From Desulfosudaceae bacterium (lineage in GTDB: Bacteria; Desulfobacterota; Desulfobacteria; Desulfobacterales; Desulfosudaceae), in the NCBI GenBank assembly GCA_963674745.2, contig CAXXDV010000003.1, positions 1,632,001-1,696,000 of the forward strand: a stretch of 64,000 nucleotides of DNA. Reading direction: 5' to 3'. Shown here piece after piece: positions 19,038 to 29,692 of the stretch. The notes beneath the pieces are model-generated. The model saw nothing but the letters and a program-made list of their open reading frames with translations. It did no database searches and was not told the origin of the DNA. The translations under genes and the position numbers were made by a program. Each line of letters begins with the position of its first letter. Position 1 is the first letter of the stretch.

Positions 19038-21134
19038 ATGACGTTCCCTGATCTGGCTCGGGGTGTCCTTATAAATCTGTTCATGCTTCTGGGGTTTGTC
19101 GCCTTATCTTCCATGTCCCGGCGACTGAAGGCAGGACCCTCAAGTCATCTTCCCGCCTGGGCGGATGGATTTATGTTCGGTCTCATGGCGGTACTGGCCA
19201 TGGCGGTTCCATCGGCTACCAGTCCCGGCGTGATCTTTGATTGCCGCTCCGGCGTGATCGGGGCCGGCGCAATTCTGGGCGGTCCGGTATGCGCCCTTAC
19301 CAGCGTTGTTTTCCCCGGTCTTTATCGACTGCACATCGGTGGCTCCGGCCTGATTCCCGGGCTCCTGGAAATCATACTGCCCGCCGTTCTGGGTTCTCTG
19401 TGCTACCTGAAGCGTCATAAACGCCGGCAGCCCTTGACCGTGGCTTACGCTGTTCTTTGCAGCCTGATTATCGGATTCATTTCAAACGGTATTATCCTCA
19501 CTTTCCTTCTGGTGTTCATGCCCCACCCGAACCTCCTGCTCGATACCGGCAGCAGCTTGCTGATCCTTTTTAACGGCCCCCTGTCGATGGGACTGTTTTC
19601 ATCCCTTCTCGTGCTGGAAAGGGAGCATGCCGAAAACATGGAATTGCATACGTCTATTTTGCAGACCACCCTGGACGGGTTCTGGCTGGCAGACAGCCAG
19701 GGCAATCTGATTGAAGTCAACGAAGCATACTGTCGGATGAGCGGTTACAGCGAAGCGGAACTGCTGACCAAAAACATTGCCGACCTGGAAGCATCCATGG
19801 ACGGCCCGGAAGTCGCGCGGCATATTCAGTTAATCACAGACAAGGGGTGGGATCGCTTTAAAACCACCCACCGTCGCAAAGACGGCAGTTGTTTCAGCGT
19901 TGAGGTCATCGGTCAGATGCTTCCCGATCAAAGCGGCCGGGCCGTGATTTTCCTGCGCGACATCACGGACCGGGAAAAAGCGGAAGCGGCTTTACGGGAA
20001 AGTGAAAAAAAATACCGGCAACTGATCGAAACCACGGATACCGGTTTTGTCATCCTTGATGAAAAGGGCCATGTCCTTGACGCCAATCAGGAATATGTCC
20101 GGATGACGGGTTATGGCGAGCTTCAAGACATCCTGGACAGGCCGGTCACCGACTGGATCGCCCCGGAAGATCGGCGGCGCAGCACCGAAGCGGTTAAGAA
20201 CTGCCTGCGGACCGGATCGCTTCGCAACCTCGAAATCTCATACATCGATACAGCAGGCAGAATCGTTCCGGTTGAAATCCAGGCCAACATGCTGCCCGGA
20301 GAGGAATCATCACTAATCATGGGAATATGCCGTGATATCACGGAACGCCGAATGGCCATGGAAGAAAGACAATCCCTTCAGGAACAGCTTTTCCGGGCCC
20401 AAAAAATAGAATCCATGGGAACGCTTGCCGGTGGGATTGCACACGATTTTAATAATATTCTGTCTCCCATTATCGGCATGTGCAGTATTTTGTTAAAAGA
20501 ACTGCCTGAAAACGCCGGGCTGCAAGCCAAGGTACAGCTTATTCTGGAAAGCGCCCAGAAAGCCTCGAACCTGGTAAGACAGATGCTCACGATAGGCCGA
20601 CGATCAGACAGCAGCAAGCAGCCGGTCGAAATCCAGAAGATCATCCGGGAGGTCCTGTCCCTGGTCCGGCTCTCACTTCCGGACAACATCGATATAAACC
20701 TGAAAATCGAGGAGTCCCTTGAGGCGATCCCGGCGGATGCCGGCCAACTTCATCAGGTCTTGATGAACCTGATCACCAATGCCTATCATGCCATGGAAGA
20801 CACCGGCGGTTTGCTTGAAATCGGGCTGCGTGAAACCCAGATCGATGCCGATAACCTTCAGGAGCCGTCCCTGACACCCGGCAGGCACCTTGTACTATCT
20901 GTTTCGGATACAGGCCCGGGCATGGATGAAACCACTGTTGAAAAGATTTTTGACCCGTTTTTCACCACCAAAAAAGCCGCTAAAGGGTCGGGACTTGGCC
21001 TTTCCGTTTCATACGGTATCATCAAGGGGCATGACGGCGCCATAATCGTAAAAAGCAAGCCCGGCCAAGGGACCGCATTTCATATTTATCTTCCGATTCA
21101 AGATATTGATCTAAAAGAAGATAATAAACATTAA
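19038..21134 (+). CDS. Sensor histidine kinase (5TM LytS-type receptor, 2 PAS, HisKA, HATPase)
   Basis: IFDCRSGVIG..LGGP TM region; two PAS domains ending RDITD/E; AGGIAHDFNNIL; NLITNA, DTGPGM, FDPFFTTK and GSGLGL. Confidence 0.95.
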   Translation: MTFPDLARGVLINLFMLLGFVALSSMSRRLKAGPSSHLPAWADGFMFGLMAVLAMAVPSATSPGVIFDCRSGVIGAGAILGGPVCALTSVVFPGLYRLHIGGSGLIPGLLEIILPAVLGSLCYLKRHKRRQPLTVAYAVLCSLIIGFISNGIILTFLLVFMPHPNLLLDTGSSLLILFNGPLSMGLFSSLLVLEREHAENMELHTSILQTTLDGFWLADSQGNLIEVNEAYCRMSGYSEAELLTKNIADLEASMDGPEVARHIQLITDKGWDRFKTTHRRKDGSCFSVEVIGQMLPDQSGRAVIFLRDITDREKAEAALRESEKKYRQLIETTDTGFVILDEKGHVLDANQEYVRMTGYGELQDILDRPVTDWIAPEDRRRSTEAVKNCLRTGSLRNLEISYIDTAGRIVPVEIQANMLPGEESSLIMGICRDITERRMAMEERQSLQEQLFRAQKIESMGTLAGGIAHDFNNILSPIIGMCSILLKELPENAGLQAKVQLILESAQKASNLVRQMLTIGRRSDSSKQPVEIQKIIREVLSLVRLSLPDNIDINLKIEESLEAIPADAGQLHQVLMNLITNAYHAMEDTGGLLEIGLRETQIDADNLQEPSLTPGRHLVLSVSDTGPGMDETTVEKIFDPFFTTKKAAKGSGLGLSVSYGIIKGHDGAIIVKSKPGQGTAFHIYLPIQDIDLKEDNKH

Positions 21135-21148
21135 AAAGCCGCATCCGA

Positions 21149-21544
21149 TTAAGCCTCAAGCTCAATCATCAGAGGGATGACGTGAAGTACTCCGGAGACT
21201 TCACGGGTTTTACCGATTTCCCACCTGCTGCAGACCGCCCTGCCGGCCAGCAGGTTATCAATCCCTCCGACCACGCCTTTGACATCGATCACCGGATGCC
21301 GTCGCAGAACTTCAGGCAAACCATAGGTCAGGTTACAGGCCAGGCATTTCCCCGGCCGCTGGTGCAGGTGGAATTCGAAGTTCAGGTGTTTTCCGGTTTG
21401 CCCGGCAAAAGCCAGGCTGATATCATAGGCACCTTCGTCTGCATCACCGTAAAGCACCTCAAAAAAACGGTCAGCCCTGTCCCGGGGGAAAATGTCTTCC
21501 AGGGCCGTTTCCGTAAAAAACGCCTGGAAGTCCCGCTCATTCAT
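21149..21544 (-). CDS. Conserved hypothetical protein with a CxxC motif
   Basis: FP.DRAD.FFE.LYGD..EGAYDI and QRPGKCLACNLTYGLPEV..RHP; resembles a Desulfobacterota family of unknown function (from recall). Confidence 0.7.
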   Translation of the reverse strand: MNERDFQAFFTETALEDIFPRDRADRFFEVLYGDADEGAYDISLAFAGQTGKHLNFEFHLHQRPGKCLACNLTYGLPEVLRRHPVIDVKGVVGGIDNLLAGRAVCSRWEIGKTREVSGVLHVIPLMIELEA

Positions 21545-21811
21545 ATTCAATATCCTGTTCCAGAAAGATAACGATAAAAGGCTGAGTTCAATAAAATAAT
21601 CATAGCCGTACCGCGGGTTTTGTGTCAACAATTACACATATTCATTTACACTTTGAAAGTCCGCGACAATTGGCGGATGATGGCGGCGCTTCTTTCTTAC
21701 CATGAAAATCTTTTATTGAATTGATCAATTTCGATCAAACGTATAAATTTATCTGTATCATAACCATCAAAATATAAAATATGAACATCCGGACATTAAG
21801 GAGAATCGACA

Positions 21812-22468
21812 ATGAACTGTTTAAAGTATGCATCATATCTTTTGTTGCTCCATCTCCTGCTTAGCGGGCCCCTTTACGCACAGATAAATTCCTGGGTGGA
21901 CGAAAACGGGATCAGGCGCTATTCGAATTCGCCTCCTGAGAAGCCTGAGGGGTCTTATGAAGTCATTGAAGAGGTTGAAAACGAGGAAACCCCGAAGAAA
22001 ACCAACTATCAGCGTGATAACTGGAAAGAGCGCCTGGAACAAAAACTAGCCGAAGAAAAAGCCGATAAAGAAGAACAACTGTTAAAAAAGCAGAAAACGG
22101 ACAAAAAAGAAAAAATAAATAACGCTTATGAAGCACTGAATAAGCTCAAGACGCTCGTAGCAGGAGATATCGACTGGGACGAATACAAGAAACTGTTGGT
22201 GGAGGCAAAAGCAAGGCTGGATTTACTCACCGATATTCCAGATGCTAAAGACGAAAGAAAACTGCTGACAGAGGCCTATGAGAGTTTCGCGCTTGTAACG
22301 GAACTGAAAAGGTGGGCGATGGGCGACCAGGAAGAGCGTCTGATTAAACGAATAAAGAAAATGAATGACGATTGGGGTACGAATGCCCCGAACAGCTATT
22401 TTAAGGCCCGGGAAATCTGTTGGCAGCGTGCGGCAGCCAAGCTCAAAGAGTTCGGCAGCACCCCATAG
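21812..22468 (+). CDS. Secreted DUF4124-domain protein
   Basis: SD AAGGAG; signal peptide; INSWVDENGIRRYSNSPP followed by a coiled coil. Confidence 0.8.
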   Translation: MNCLKYASYLLLLHLLLSGPLYAQINSWVDENGIRRYSNSPPEKPEGSYEVIEEVENEETPKKTNYQRDNWKERLEQKLAEEKADKEEQLLKKQKTDKKEKINNAYEALNKLKTLVAGDIDWDEYKKLLVEAKARLDLLTDIPDAKDERKLLTEAYESFALVTELKRWAMGDQEERLIKRIKKMNDDWGTNAPNSYFKAREICWQRAAAKLKEFGSTP

Positions 22469-22672
22469 ATCGTTTTCTTCATGCCCCCCTGATCAAAACA
22501 GACAACCGATGGCCATCCCGGTGTCATGCTCGTTTAATTTTTCAGATCACTGCGTTATCCCTTCCCGACCCCGATTTATCCGGTGATTTTAAATCCGGGA
22601 TCTGATAATATATATACCAAAATGGACTGATTTCCCACTGAATGACTAATCCGCATAACTGACGGGGGCTGA

Positions 22673-23176
22673 ATGAAGGAATCCAAGTTTTTAAAGGACA
22701 CCATGCAGAACATTGAAAAACTCCTTACCATTCCCATGATGAAAGAGTTTGAAACCAAATCTCTGGGTAATATCCTCAGGCAGAGCAAAGTACGCCAGTA
22801 TGAAGACGGAGAAAAGATTTTCAAAGAAGGCGATGTCGGACCATGGCTCTACTTCCTTCTTTCAGGCGAAGTCCGGGTGGAGAAAGACGGTGAGGATCTG
22901 GCCACCTTGAAACGCAAAGGAGATGTATTCGGCGAGATGGGCATGTTGACGGATTCCTATCGTTCGGCATCAGCCACCGCCGTTGGTGAAACCATCTGCC
23001 TGGTAACGGATGCATCCCTGATCAATGATTTTTCTCCAAACGACAAACTGGCGTTCTGCTGTATCCTTTACCGTGTGTTGGCAGAGGTGGTCACACAACG
23101 GTTGAAAACGGCCAGTGATGACATCGTCAGGTTAAAAAAAGAAAACGAAGATCTCAAGGCGCGACTGGGGGCCTGA
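22673..23176 (+). CDS. Stand-alone cyclic-nucleotide-binding domain protein
   Basis: IFKEGD.G..LYFLLSGEVRV, GDVFGEMG and RSASATA; no HTH follows. Confidence 0.9.
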   Translation: MKESKFLKDTMQNIEKLLTIPMMKEFETKSLGNILRQSKVRQYEDGEKIFKEGDVGPWLYFLLSGEVRVEKDGEDLATLKRKGDVFGEMGMLTDSYRSASATAVGETICLVTDASLINDFSPNDKLAFCCILYRVLAEVVTQRLKTASDDIVRLKKENEDLKARLGA

Positions 23177-23192
23177 CTCAGCATTTTTCCCG

Positions 23193-23807
23193 TTACCCTT
23201 TTAACCCCAATGATGGCGGAGAAGGCTCTCTGGCCATAAACCATATCGAGGGGGCGTCCCGGTTCAGCCGGTATTCGCTGATGACCAGAAAACCATGCCT
23301 TTTATACAAGGGCAGATTTTTTTCATTGGAACACTCCAGGTAAGCGGGTTTGGCTGCCCGGTCATACACGGCCAGGGTCTCCCGCAGCAACAGGGAACCG
23401 ATGCCTTTACCCTGCATGTCTTTGACGACGCCCAGAGCATGAAGATAATAGTGGCTGTTCACCGGTCGCGCAGATTCAACCCTGCGCAGCAGCCGATCGG
23501 CCAGGACAATCATGCGCAACCCCTTTTTTCGACCCAGATAGCTTAAAACCCAGGCCAGGGCAAAAGAAAGGGGTGGGAACCGGGTACTGACACCGGGCGG
23601 CAGCCACAAGGCCGCACCGGTTTTGTCCGGGGTTACCCGGCTCAGGCCGTAACCGGCATAATACTTTACGAACACGGCTTTAAAATAACGGGGAATAAAA
23701 TCTTTTTCCGGCTGAATATAGTTCATGACCGGGTCTTCCATAAAGGACCGGCCCAGTATGTCCCCGACAAGTTCCGCATCTTTTATGGAAAGTGGCTTTA
23801 ATGTCAT
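23193..23807 (-). CDS. GNAT family N-acetyltransferase
   Basis: F.EDP, GAALWLPPG, YYLHALGV..QGKGIGS.LL and AYLECSNEKNLPLY.RHGF; ATG 4 nt after the stop of the Mo enzyme. Confidence 0.9.
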   Translation of the reverse strand: MTLKPLSIKDAELVGDILGRSFMEDPVMNYIQPEKDFIPRYFKAVFVKYYAGYGLSRVTPDKTGAALWLPPGVSTRFPPLSFALAWVLSYLGRKKGLRMIVLADRLLRRVESARPVNSHYYLHALGVVKDMQGKGIGSLLLRETLAVYDRAAKPAYLECSNEKNLPLYKRHGFLVISEYRLNRDAPSIWFMAREPSPPSLGLKG

Positions 23808-23811
23808 AATA

Positions 23812-25917
23812 TTATCCGGCGGCACCTGTATCTTTTTTTTCAACCCGGCAGATCAGCGCCTTTATAGGCACCGAAGCGGATGCCGGGCATAAGGGTTCGT
23901 CATTGGTCACCATGTTGATGTTTATTTTTTTCCACCCGTCCTCAACCCCATACCAGAAACCATGAGGGGAATGGACCACCCGGGGATCTATACCGTCATA
24001 GTATCTTGCCTTTATTTCTATCCGGTTCCTGGGGGAAGACAGGTAAACCCATTCACCGTCTTCAATGCCAAGCGCCCGGGCCGTGTCCGGATGGATCTGA
24101 AGTTCAGGGTCCGGCATACGTTTCCGTAAAGACGGAATGTTCCGGTGAGACGAATGGTAATAAAAAACATAACGGCCGCCGGTGGTCAGAATCAATGGAT
24201 ATTCCTCGCTGAGTTCAGGCTTGCTGAAAGGGCTTTCGTCAGGCTCGGAAAAAGCCGGCAGCGGTGATATGTTCAACCCATTGAGATAATCGGCATAGAG
24301 CTCTACTTTGCCCGTAGGTGTTCGGAACCGGCCCGTTTTTTCGTAACGTTTATACGCTACCGGGTTGACGGACTTTCCGATCTTCGCAAGTTCATCAAAG
24401 GTCATGCCGACATATTCCAACCGGTAGTCCAGAACCTCTTTGATCGTTTTCCAGTATTCGGTCAGACCCGTTTTACGAGCCAGATCGATCAGGATCTGTT
24501 TTTCATCCCGGCATTCGGGCACCGGTTCGACCGCTTTTCTCTGGCAGATCACATGGTTTTTCATCAACAGGTCTTCCACGTCATCCCGCTCACTCCAGTG
24601 GGCCGGGGGAAGGATCACGTCCGCCAGCTCGGTGGTGGGGGTATGATAGTAATCAACCGTAAACAGGAAATCCAGGGACTGCAGGACCGATCTGACCCGG
24701 CCCGAATTGGGATAGGCACAGACGCTGTTGTTGGCGAACAGGCCCAGGGCTTTTACCGGATAGGGTTGGCCATGGGTAATGGCAGGCCAGACGACCTGTG
24801 GCGGGCAGGGAATCGGCACCAGTCCGATCAGGGGATATGTGTCTCCCCCGAGTTTTTTTGCCCCCTGGCTGGAAGGAAGGTTTCTGGCCGAGTCGTAATC
24901 CGAACCGTAGCAACTTCTTTTTCTGGTGGGCGGCGAACAGTTCAAATTGCCGCCGGGGATTTCCAGGTTCCCGGTAATGGCACTGAGTATGCTCAGGCCC
25001 CTTGAAATATGAAAGGCATCATTGGCCTGGCAGACACCGCCCATGCCCGGACCGATGGCTGCCGGATTTGCCTGCGCGAAAGCAATGGCCGCCGCTTCAA
25101 TCTTTTTTGCCGGGACCCATGTGATCGCTTCGCCTTTTTCAGGGGTAAATTCCGCCACATGGTCTTTTAATTGATCAAAACCGGCGGTCCAGTTTTCCAC
25201 AAAGTCCTTGTCATACAACTCATTTCTTATAATAACGTGAATCATCGAGAGAATAAGGGCAACATCCGTTCCCGGCCGAATCTGAAGCCAGTGATCCGCT
25301 TTTTGGGCGAATTTTGTGCCCCTCGGATCCACCACGATCAGGCTGGCCCCTTTTTTCAATCCCTGTCGGATGTCATACATATAAAGGCCGGGCCAGGATT
25401 CTTCCGGGTTATGGGCCCACAACAGCATGCATTTGCTTTGGGCGTAATCCGGGTCCACCAGGCCGAAACCAATGGTCGCAACGCTTCCCAAAGCCAGCGG
25501 CCCGCCGCTCATGTTAGATGGCGCCATAAAATTCGGAGAGCCGAACTGCATTAAAAACCGGTTAAGATACGGTGCCATGCCCCGGGTTGTTCCGGAGCCA
25601 AAGACAACTGATTCGGCGCCGAATTTTTCCCGGTATTCAAGCAGACGTTCGGCAATCAGCCCCAGGGCATGGTCCCAGGTGGCTTTCTCAAATCGTGTGC
25701 CCTGCCGGTCGCCCACCTTAATTAACGGGGTTGTGATTCTATCCGGGTGATAAATCATCTCCATGCATGCCCTGCCCTTGGGACAGGTATAGCCATGACT
25801 GAAGGGATGCGTTTTATCTCCCTTTATCCCCACGACCCTGCCGTCCCTTACGGAAAGAATCACCCCGCAACGTGAATGGCATTCAAAACAGATTGTTTGA
25901 ACTTCAGTGGTTCCCAT
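23812..25917 (-). CDS. Molybdopterin (bis-MGD) oxidoreductase, acetylene-hydratase-like, with an N-terminal 4Fe-4S site
   Basis: CFECHSRC..CPKG; IVVDPR, WLQIRPGTD, ADVILP, FRTPTGKVEL, YPLILTTG and IHPDTARALGIEDGEWV; no Tat signal. Confidence 0.93.
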   Translation of the reverse strand: MGTTEVQTICFECHSRCGVILSVRDGRVVGIKGDKTHPFSHGYTCPKGRACMEMIYHPDRITTPLIKVGDRQGTRFEKATWDHALGLIAERLLEYREKFGAESVVFGSGTTRGMAPYLNRFLMQFGSPNFMAPSNMSGGPLALGSVATIGFGLVDPDYAQSKCMLLWAHNPEESWPGLYMYDIRQGLKKGASLIVVDPRGTKFAQKADHWLQIRPGTDVALILSMIHVIIRNELYDKDFVENWTAGFDQLKDHVAEFTPEKGEAITWVPAKKIEAAAIAFAQANPAAIGPGMGGVCQANDAFHISRGLSILSAITGNLEIPGGNLNCSPPTRKRSCYGSDYDSARNLPSSQGAKKLGGDTYPLIGLVPIPCPPQVVWPAITHGQPYPVKALGLFANNSVCAYPNSGRVRSVLQSLDFLFTVDYYHTPTTELADVILPPAHWSERDDVEDLLMKNHVICQRKAVEPVPECRDEKQILIDLARKTGLTEYWKTIKEVLDYRLEYVGMTFDELAKIGKSVNPVAYKRYEKTGRFRTPTGKVELYADYLNGLNISPLPAFSEPDESPFSKPELSEEYPLILTTGGRYVFYYHSSHRNIPSLRKRMPDPELQIHPDTARALGIEDGEWVYLSSPRNRIEIKARYYDGIDPRVVHSPHGFWYGVEDGWKKININMVTNDEPLCPASASVPIKALICRVEKKDTGAAG

Positions 25918-26064
25918 ATATTTGTCTCCCTGAAAACATTATGATTACTCATCAGTAAATTCTATCGATTTCTGAATTCAATTCAAGCTTAAACGCTGGT
26001 TTGCGTCTTTACTTCTGGTGCAGGCTACCTTGACCGGACAAGTTGGACAATGATTGGAAATACA

Positions 26065-26094
26065 TTGACACACAATATTCTTTTTGGTTATAAA
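26065..26094 (+). promoter_or_regulatory. Sigma70-like promoter
   Basis: TTGACA-18 bp-TATAAA upstream of the hybrid kinase. Confidence 0.5.
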
Positions 26095-26135
26095 CAATAG
26101 AATTTTAACATTTTTTTATAATCCTCCTAAACGCG

Positions 26136-29100
26136 GTGACCTCTTTCATGAAGCGTTTACGGCTTCCTTTTAAAAAAAGGCTGTTTCTTTATTTTTTTGC
26201 TGCCATCACCCTTACCCTGATCTGTGGGGGTGCGGTAAGTGATTTTTTCTGGATCAATAAAGGTATCCACGAGCGGTTGGACCATTTTGAGAATGTGGCT
26301 ATGGCTGCGGGGCAACTGATTGCGCCGGCAGTTGCAAATAGCGATTGGACGGCGGCAAAGGTCGTGCTACGGACCTTTCACAAGACCAATCCCCAGCTTA
26401 CCCACCTGGTGCTGGACGTGGAGGGAATGGTCGTGGCCCGGGCCCCGGATGGAAAGGCCCCGTCTGGCCTGATGAGCGGACTTGGCAAGCCCATATCCGG
26501 CAAACTGGAGCGCTCGGACATCGACTGGCACTGCAAAAACCAACACAGTATCTACTTAAGGACACAGGTAGCTGAAAATCGACATGCCGTGCTTCATGTG
26601 TCCCTGTCCCTGGCACAACTGTTCAAGGAGCAGTTCCAGTTCCGGACCATATATGCTGTTTTCGCAGTACTTATCATGCTGGTGCTGCCGACGATTCTGT
26701 CCATGGCCTTTGCCAGAAAGCTTTCCCGTCCTGTCCGGCTGCTTCAGGAGGGTTCCGCCCGAATAGGCACCGGAGACCTGGAACACCGTATTGACGTCTC
26801 CACCGGCGATGAGCTGGAGGACCTGGCCAATGACCTGAACCGCATGGCCGAAAACCTGGCCCAGGCCCGGAGCGACCTGGAACAGAAAGTAGCGGATCGA
26901 ACACGGAAGCTGGAAGCCGAGGTGGCCGAACGCCGCCGGGCAGAGAACCGTTTCCGGGACCTTTTTGAGCTGTCCCCCGTAGGCATTATGGAACTGGACT
27001 GGACCGACACCGTGAGAAATACCGGGGAGGAAGCCGAGTCAACAGGCTGCCTCCTGACGGATTATCTTCAAAAGCATCCGGATAAGGTCAAACACATGGT
27101 GCAAAACGCCCGGCTCGTAAGCGCCAACCGGGCTGCACTTCAGCTTTTAGGTTTCGGAAGCCTGGAGGGCCTTCAAAAAGCATTCGGGCCATACGTATCC
27201 CATCACTTCATAGAGCAGATCCAGTCCGAGATGGCTGACTCGCTTTTACGAGTCAAATGCAACGAGCAACCGACCGACCTCTTTATGGAAAGGCCCATTA
27301 CCCGGCCGGACGGCGAGACCCGGGTTTTGGCTTTCAAGTGGGCGGATGTTCACAAAGACGCCGGTTATCATAACATCGTAACCGTCATCGATCTCACCGA
27401 ACGCAAACTGGCCGAGGAAGCCATCCGGAAAGCAAGGGACGCCGCCCAGAATGCCAACCAGGCCAAAAGCGAATTTCTGGCCAATATGAGCCATGAAATC
27501 CGTACCCCTTTAAACGCCATCGTCGGGATGACCCACCTGGCGCTTTCAACCGACCTGACCCCCAAACAGCAGGACTATCTTGAAAAAGTCCAATCAGCGG
27601 CCCGGAGCCTTCTGGGGATCATCAACGATATTCTGGATTTCTCCAAAATCGAGGCCGGCAAACTGGACCTTGAGGACATGCCCTTTCAGCTGGAAAGCGT
27701 CTTCGATGACCTGGCCAACCTGATCGCCTTAAAAGCCCATGACAAGGGGCTGGAGTTTCTGATCCACGTGGATCCCGATGTCCCCTACTCCCTCAAGGGT
27801 GACCCGCTTCGCCTGGGGCAGGTACTCATTAATCTGACCAACAATGCCATAAAATTTACACCCAGCGGCGAAATTGTCCTGAAAGTGCGTGCCAAAGAAA
27901 AAACGGAGGAACGCACCACCCTTGAATTTTCAGTGCGGGACACGGGCATCGGCATGAACCCGGCTCAGGTGGAAGGCCTTTTCCGGGCCTTTACCCAGGC
28001 CGACACTTCCACCACCCGGAAATTCGGCGGCACCGGGCTGGGGCTGGTCATATGCAAACGCCTGGTGACCATGATGGACGGCGACATCAGCGTGGAAAGC
28101 GAAGTCGGACGGGGATCGCTTTTCACCTTCACGGCCGTATTCGAAAGACAACGGATCGAAAAGAGGAAACCGGATCGTTTCGTTCCTACCCCGGATCTGA
28201 GAGGCATGCGCGTTCTGGTGGTTGATGACAATGCTTCGGCCCTGGAAATTCTGGACTCCATGCTTTCCTCGTTCACCTTTGAAGTAACCCTGGCCGCCTC
28301 GGGCGCCCTGTGCCTGGAGATCCTGTTTGATAAGGAAACGGGAAAGCCTTTTGACCTGATCATCATGGACTGGAAAATGCCGGAAATCGACGGTCTGGAA
28401 ACGGCTGAAAAAATCATCGCCGGATATCGCAAAAAAGATGAAAAGCGGCCAAAAATCATCATGCTTACGGCCTACGGCAACGAAGATGTCATGCGCCGGG
28501 CCGAGGAGATCGGTATTGACCGCTTTCTTTCCAAGCCCGTGAGCCGCAGTATTTTTTTTGACACCATCATGCAGGCCTTTGGAAAAGACGTTCCCGAATC
28601 AACCCGGCGAAAAGGACTGGGGGAAATGGAAAAAGCCACTCTGGCCTACCTGGCCGGGGCAAGGGTCCTGGTGGCTGAAGACAACCCCATCAACCAGCAG
28701 GTAGCCCGGGAAATCCTGGAAAACGCCGGTATGACCGTAAAAGTTGCGGACAACGGACTGGAAGCCGTGCACATGGCCGTGGCCGGAAATTTCGATGCCG
28801 TACTCATGGACGTGCAGATGCCGGTCATGGACGGATACCGCGCGACCGGCGAAATCCGGCAGAACGAAATCACCTCACGGCTGCCCGTCATTGCCATGAC
28901 CGCCCATGCCATGGCCGGTGACCGACAGAAAAGTCTGGATTCAGGCATGAACGATCATGTCACCAAACCCGTTAATCCCCATGAGCTTCTTACAACCCTG
29001 GCCCGATGGATCGAACCCCTGTACCGGAAAAAAGCCGCTGCCGCTTCGCGGCCGACCCGGGCTCCTTTGCCCGAAAGCCTTCCGGGCTTTGACATGGACG

Positions 29101-29690
29101 CGGGACTCGATCGCCTTTCCGGCAACTCCAGGTCCTACGCCAACCTGTTAAAACGATTTGCCGATGACTACCGGGATGCGGCCAAAGAACTGGCCCGCCT
29201 TCTGGACTCGGGTGATATGGAAGCGCTGCGTCACCAGGTCCACAGCATCAAAGGGGTGGCCGGAAACCTCGGCGCGGCAGAAGTGGAAAGCGCGGCCCGG
29301 GATATGGAACAGGCCATCGTACAGGGAGAAAAAGATCTTGCCGACCGGCTCGGGAAATTGGCCTCGGCCCTTGCCCCCCCGCTGGAGGTTCTGGCCCGGT
29401 TTTTCGTTGAACAGGCACAACCTTTAGGCGGTGTTTTTTCCGGCGAAAAGGCGCCGCCTTTACCCGAAGGCGCGCTCGACCGCCTGGCGGAGCTGTTAAG
29501 CATCAACGACACCGGCACGGAAGAGGCTTTTGAAGAAATCCGGGACACCCTTTTTGCGGTGGTACCCGATATCACCGGGGAGTTGGAGAAAAAAATCCAG
29601 AACTTCGATTTTAAAGGCGCCCTGGGCTCACTGAAAAACCTTATAGATCGCCTTGAAGAAGGCCCCAAGCCCGGGTCAAATCAGGATTAA
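26136..29690 (+). CDS. Hybrid sensor histidine kinase (HAMP, PAS-like, HisKA, HATPase, 2 REC, Hpt)
   Basis: [40 protein letters not shown], two receiver domains (DWKMP, DVQMP) and Hpt [12 protein letters not shown]. Confidence 0.96.
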   Translation: MTSFMKRLRLPFKKRLFLYFFAAITLTLICGGAVSDFFWINKGIHERLDHFENVAMAAGQLIAPAVANSDWTAAKVVLRTFHKTNPQLTHLVLDVEGMVVARAPDGKAPSGLMSGLGKPISGKLERSDIDWHCKNQHSIYLRTQVAENRHAVLHVSLSLAQLFKEQFQFRTIYAVFAVLIMLVLPTILSMAFARKLSRPVRLLQEGSARIGTGDLEHRIDVSTGDELEDLANDLNRMAENLAQARSDLEQKVADRTRKLEAEVAERRRAENRFRDLFELSPVGIMELDWTDTVRNTGEEAESTGCLLTDYLQKHPDKVKHMVQNARLVSANRAALQLLGFGSLEGLQKAFGPYVSHHFIEQIQSEMADSLLRVKCNEQPTDLFMERPITRPDGETRVLAFKWADVHKDAGYHNIVTVIDLTERKLAEEAIRKARDAAQNANQAKSEFLANMSHEIRTPLNAIVGMTHLALSTDLTPKQQDYLEKVQSAARSLLGIINDILDFSKIEAGKLDLEDMPFQLESVFDDLANLIALKAHDKGLEFLIHVDPDVPYSLKGDPLRLGQVLINLTNNAIKFTPSGEIVLKVRAKEKTEERTTLEFSVRDTGIGMNPAQVEGLFRAFTQADTSTTRKFGGTGLGLVICKRLVTMMDGDISVESEVGRGSLFTFTAVFERQRIEKRKPDRFVPTPDLRGMRVLVVDDNASALEILDSMLSSFTFEVTLAASGALCLEILFDKETGKPFDLIIMDWKMPEIDGLETAEKIIAGYRKKDEKRPKIIMLTAYGNEDVMRRAEEIGIDRFLSKPVSRSIFFDTIMQAFGKDVPESTRRKGLGEMEKATLAYLAGARVLVAEDNPINQQVAREILENAGMTVKVADNGLEAVHMAVAGNFDAVLMDVQMPVMDGYRATGEIRQNEITSRLPVIAMTAHAMAGDRQKSLDSGMNDHVTKPVNPHELLTTLARWIEPLYRKKAAAASRPTRAPLPESLPGFDMDAGLDRLSGNSRSYANLLKRFADDYRDAAKELARLLDSGDMEALRHQVHSIKGVAGNLGAAEVESAARDMEQAIVQGEKDLADRLGKLASALAPPLEVLARFFVEQAQPLGGVFSGEKAPPLPEGALDRLAELLSINDTGTEEAFEEIRDTLFAVVPDITGELEKKIQNFDFKGALGSLKNLIDRLEEGPKPGSNQD

Positions 29691-29692
29691 CC

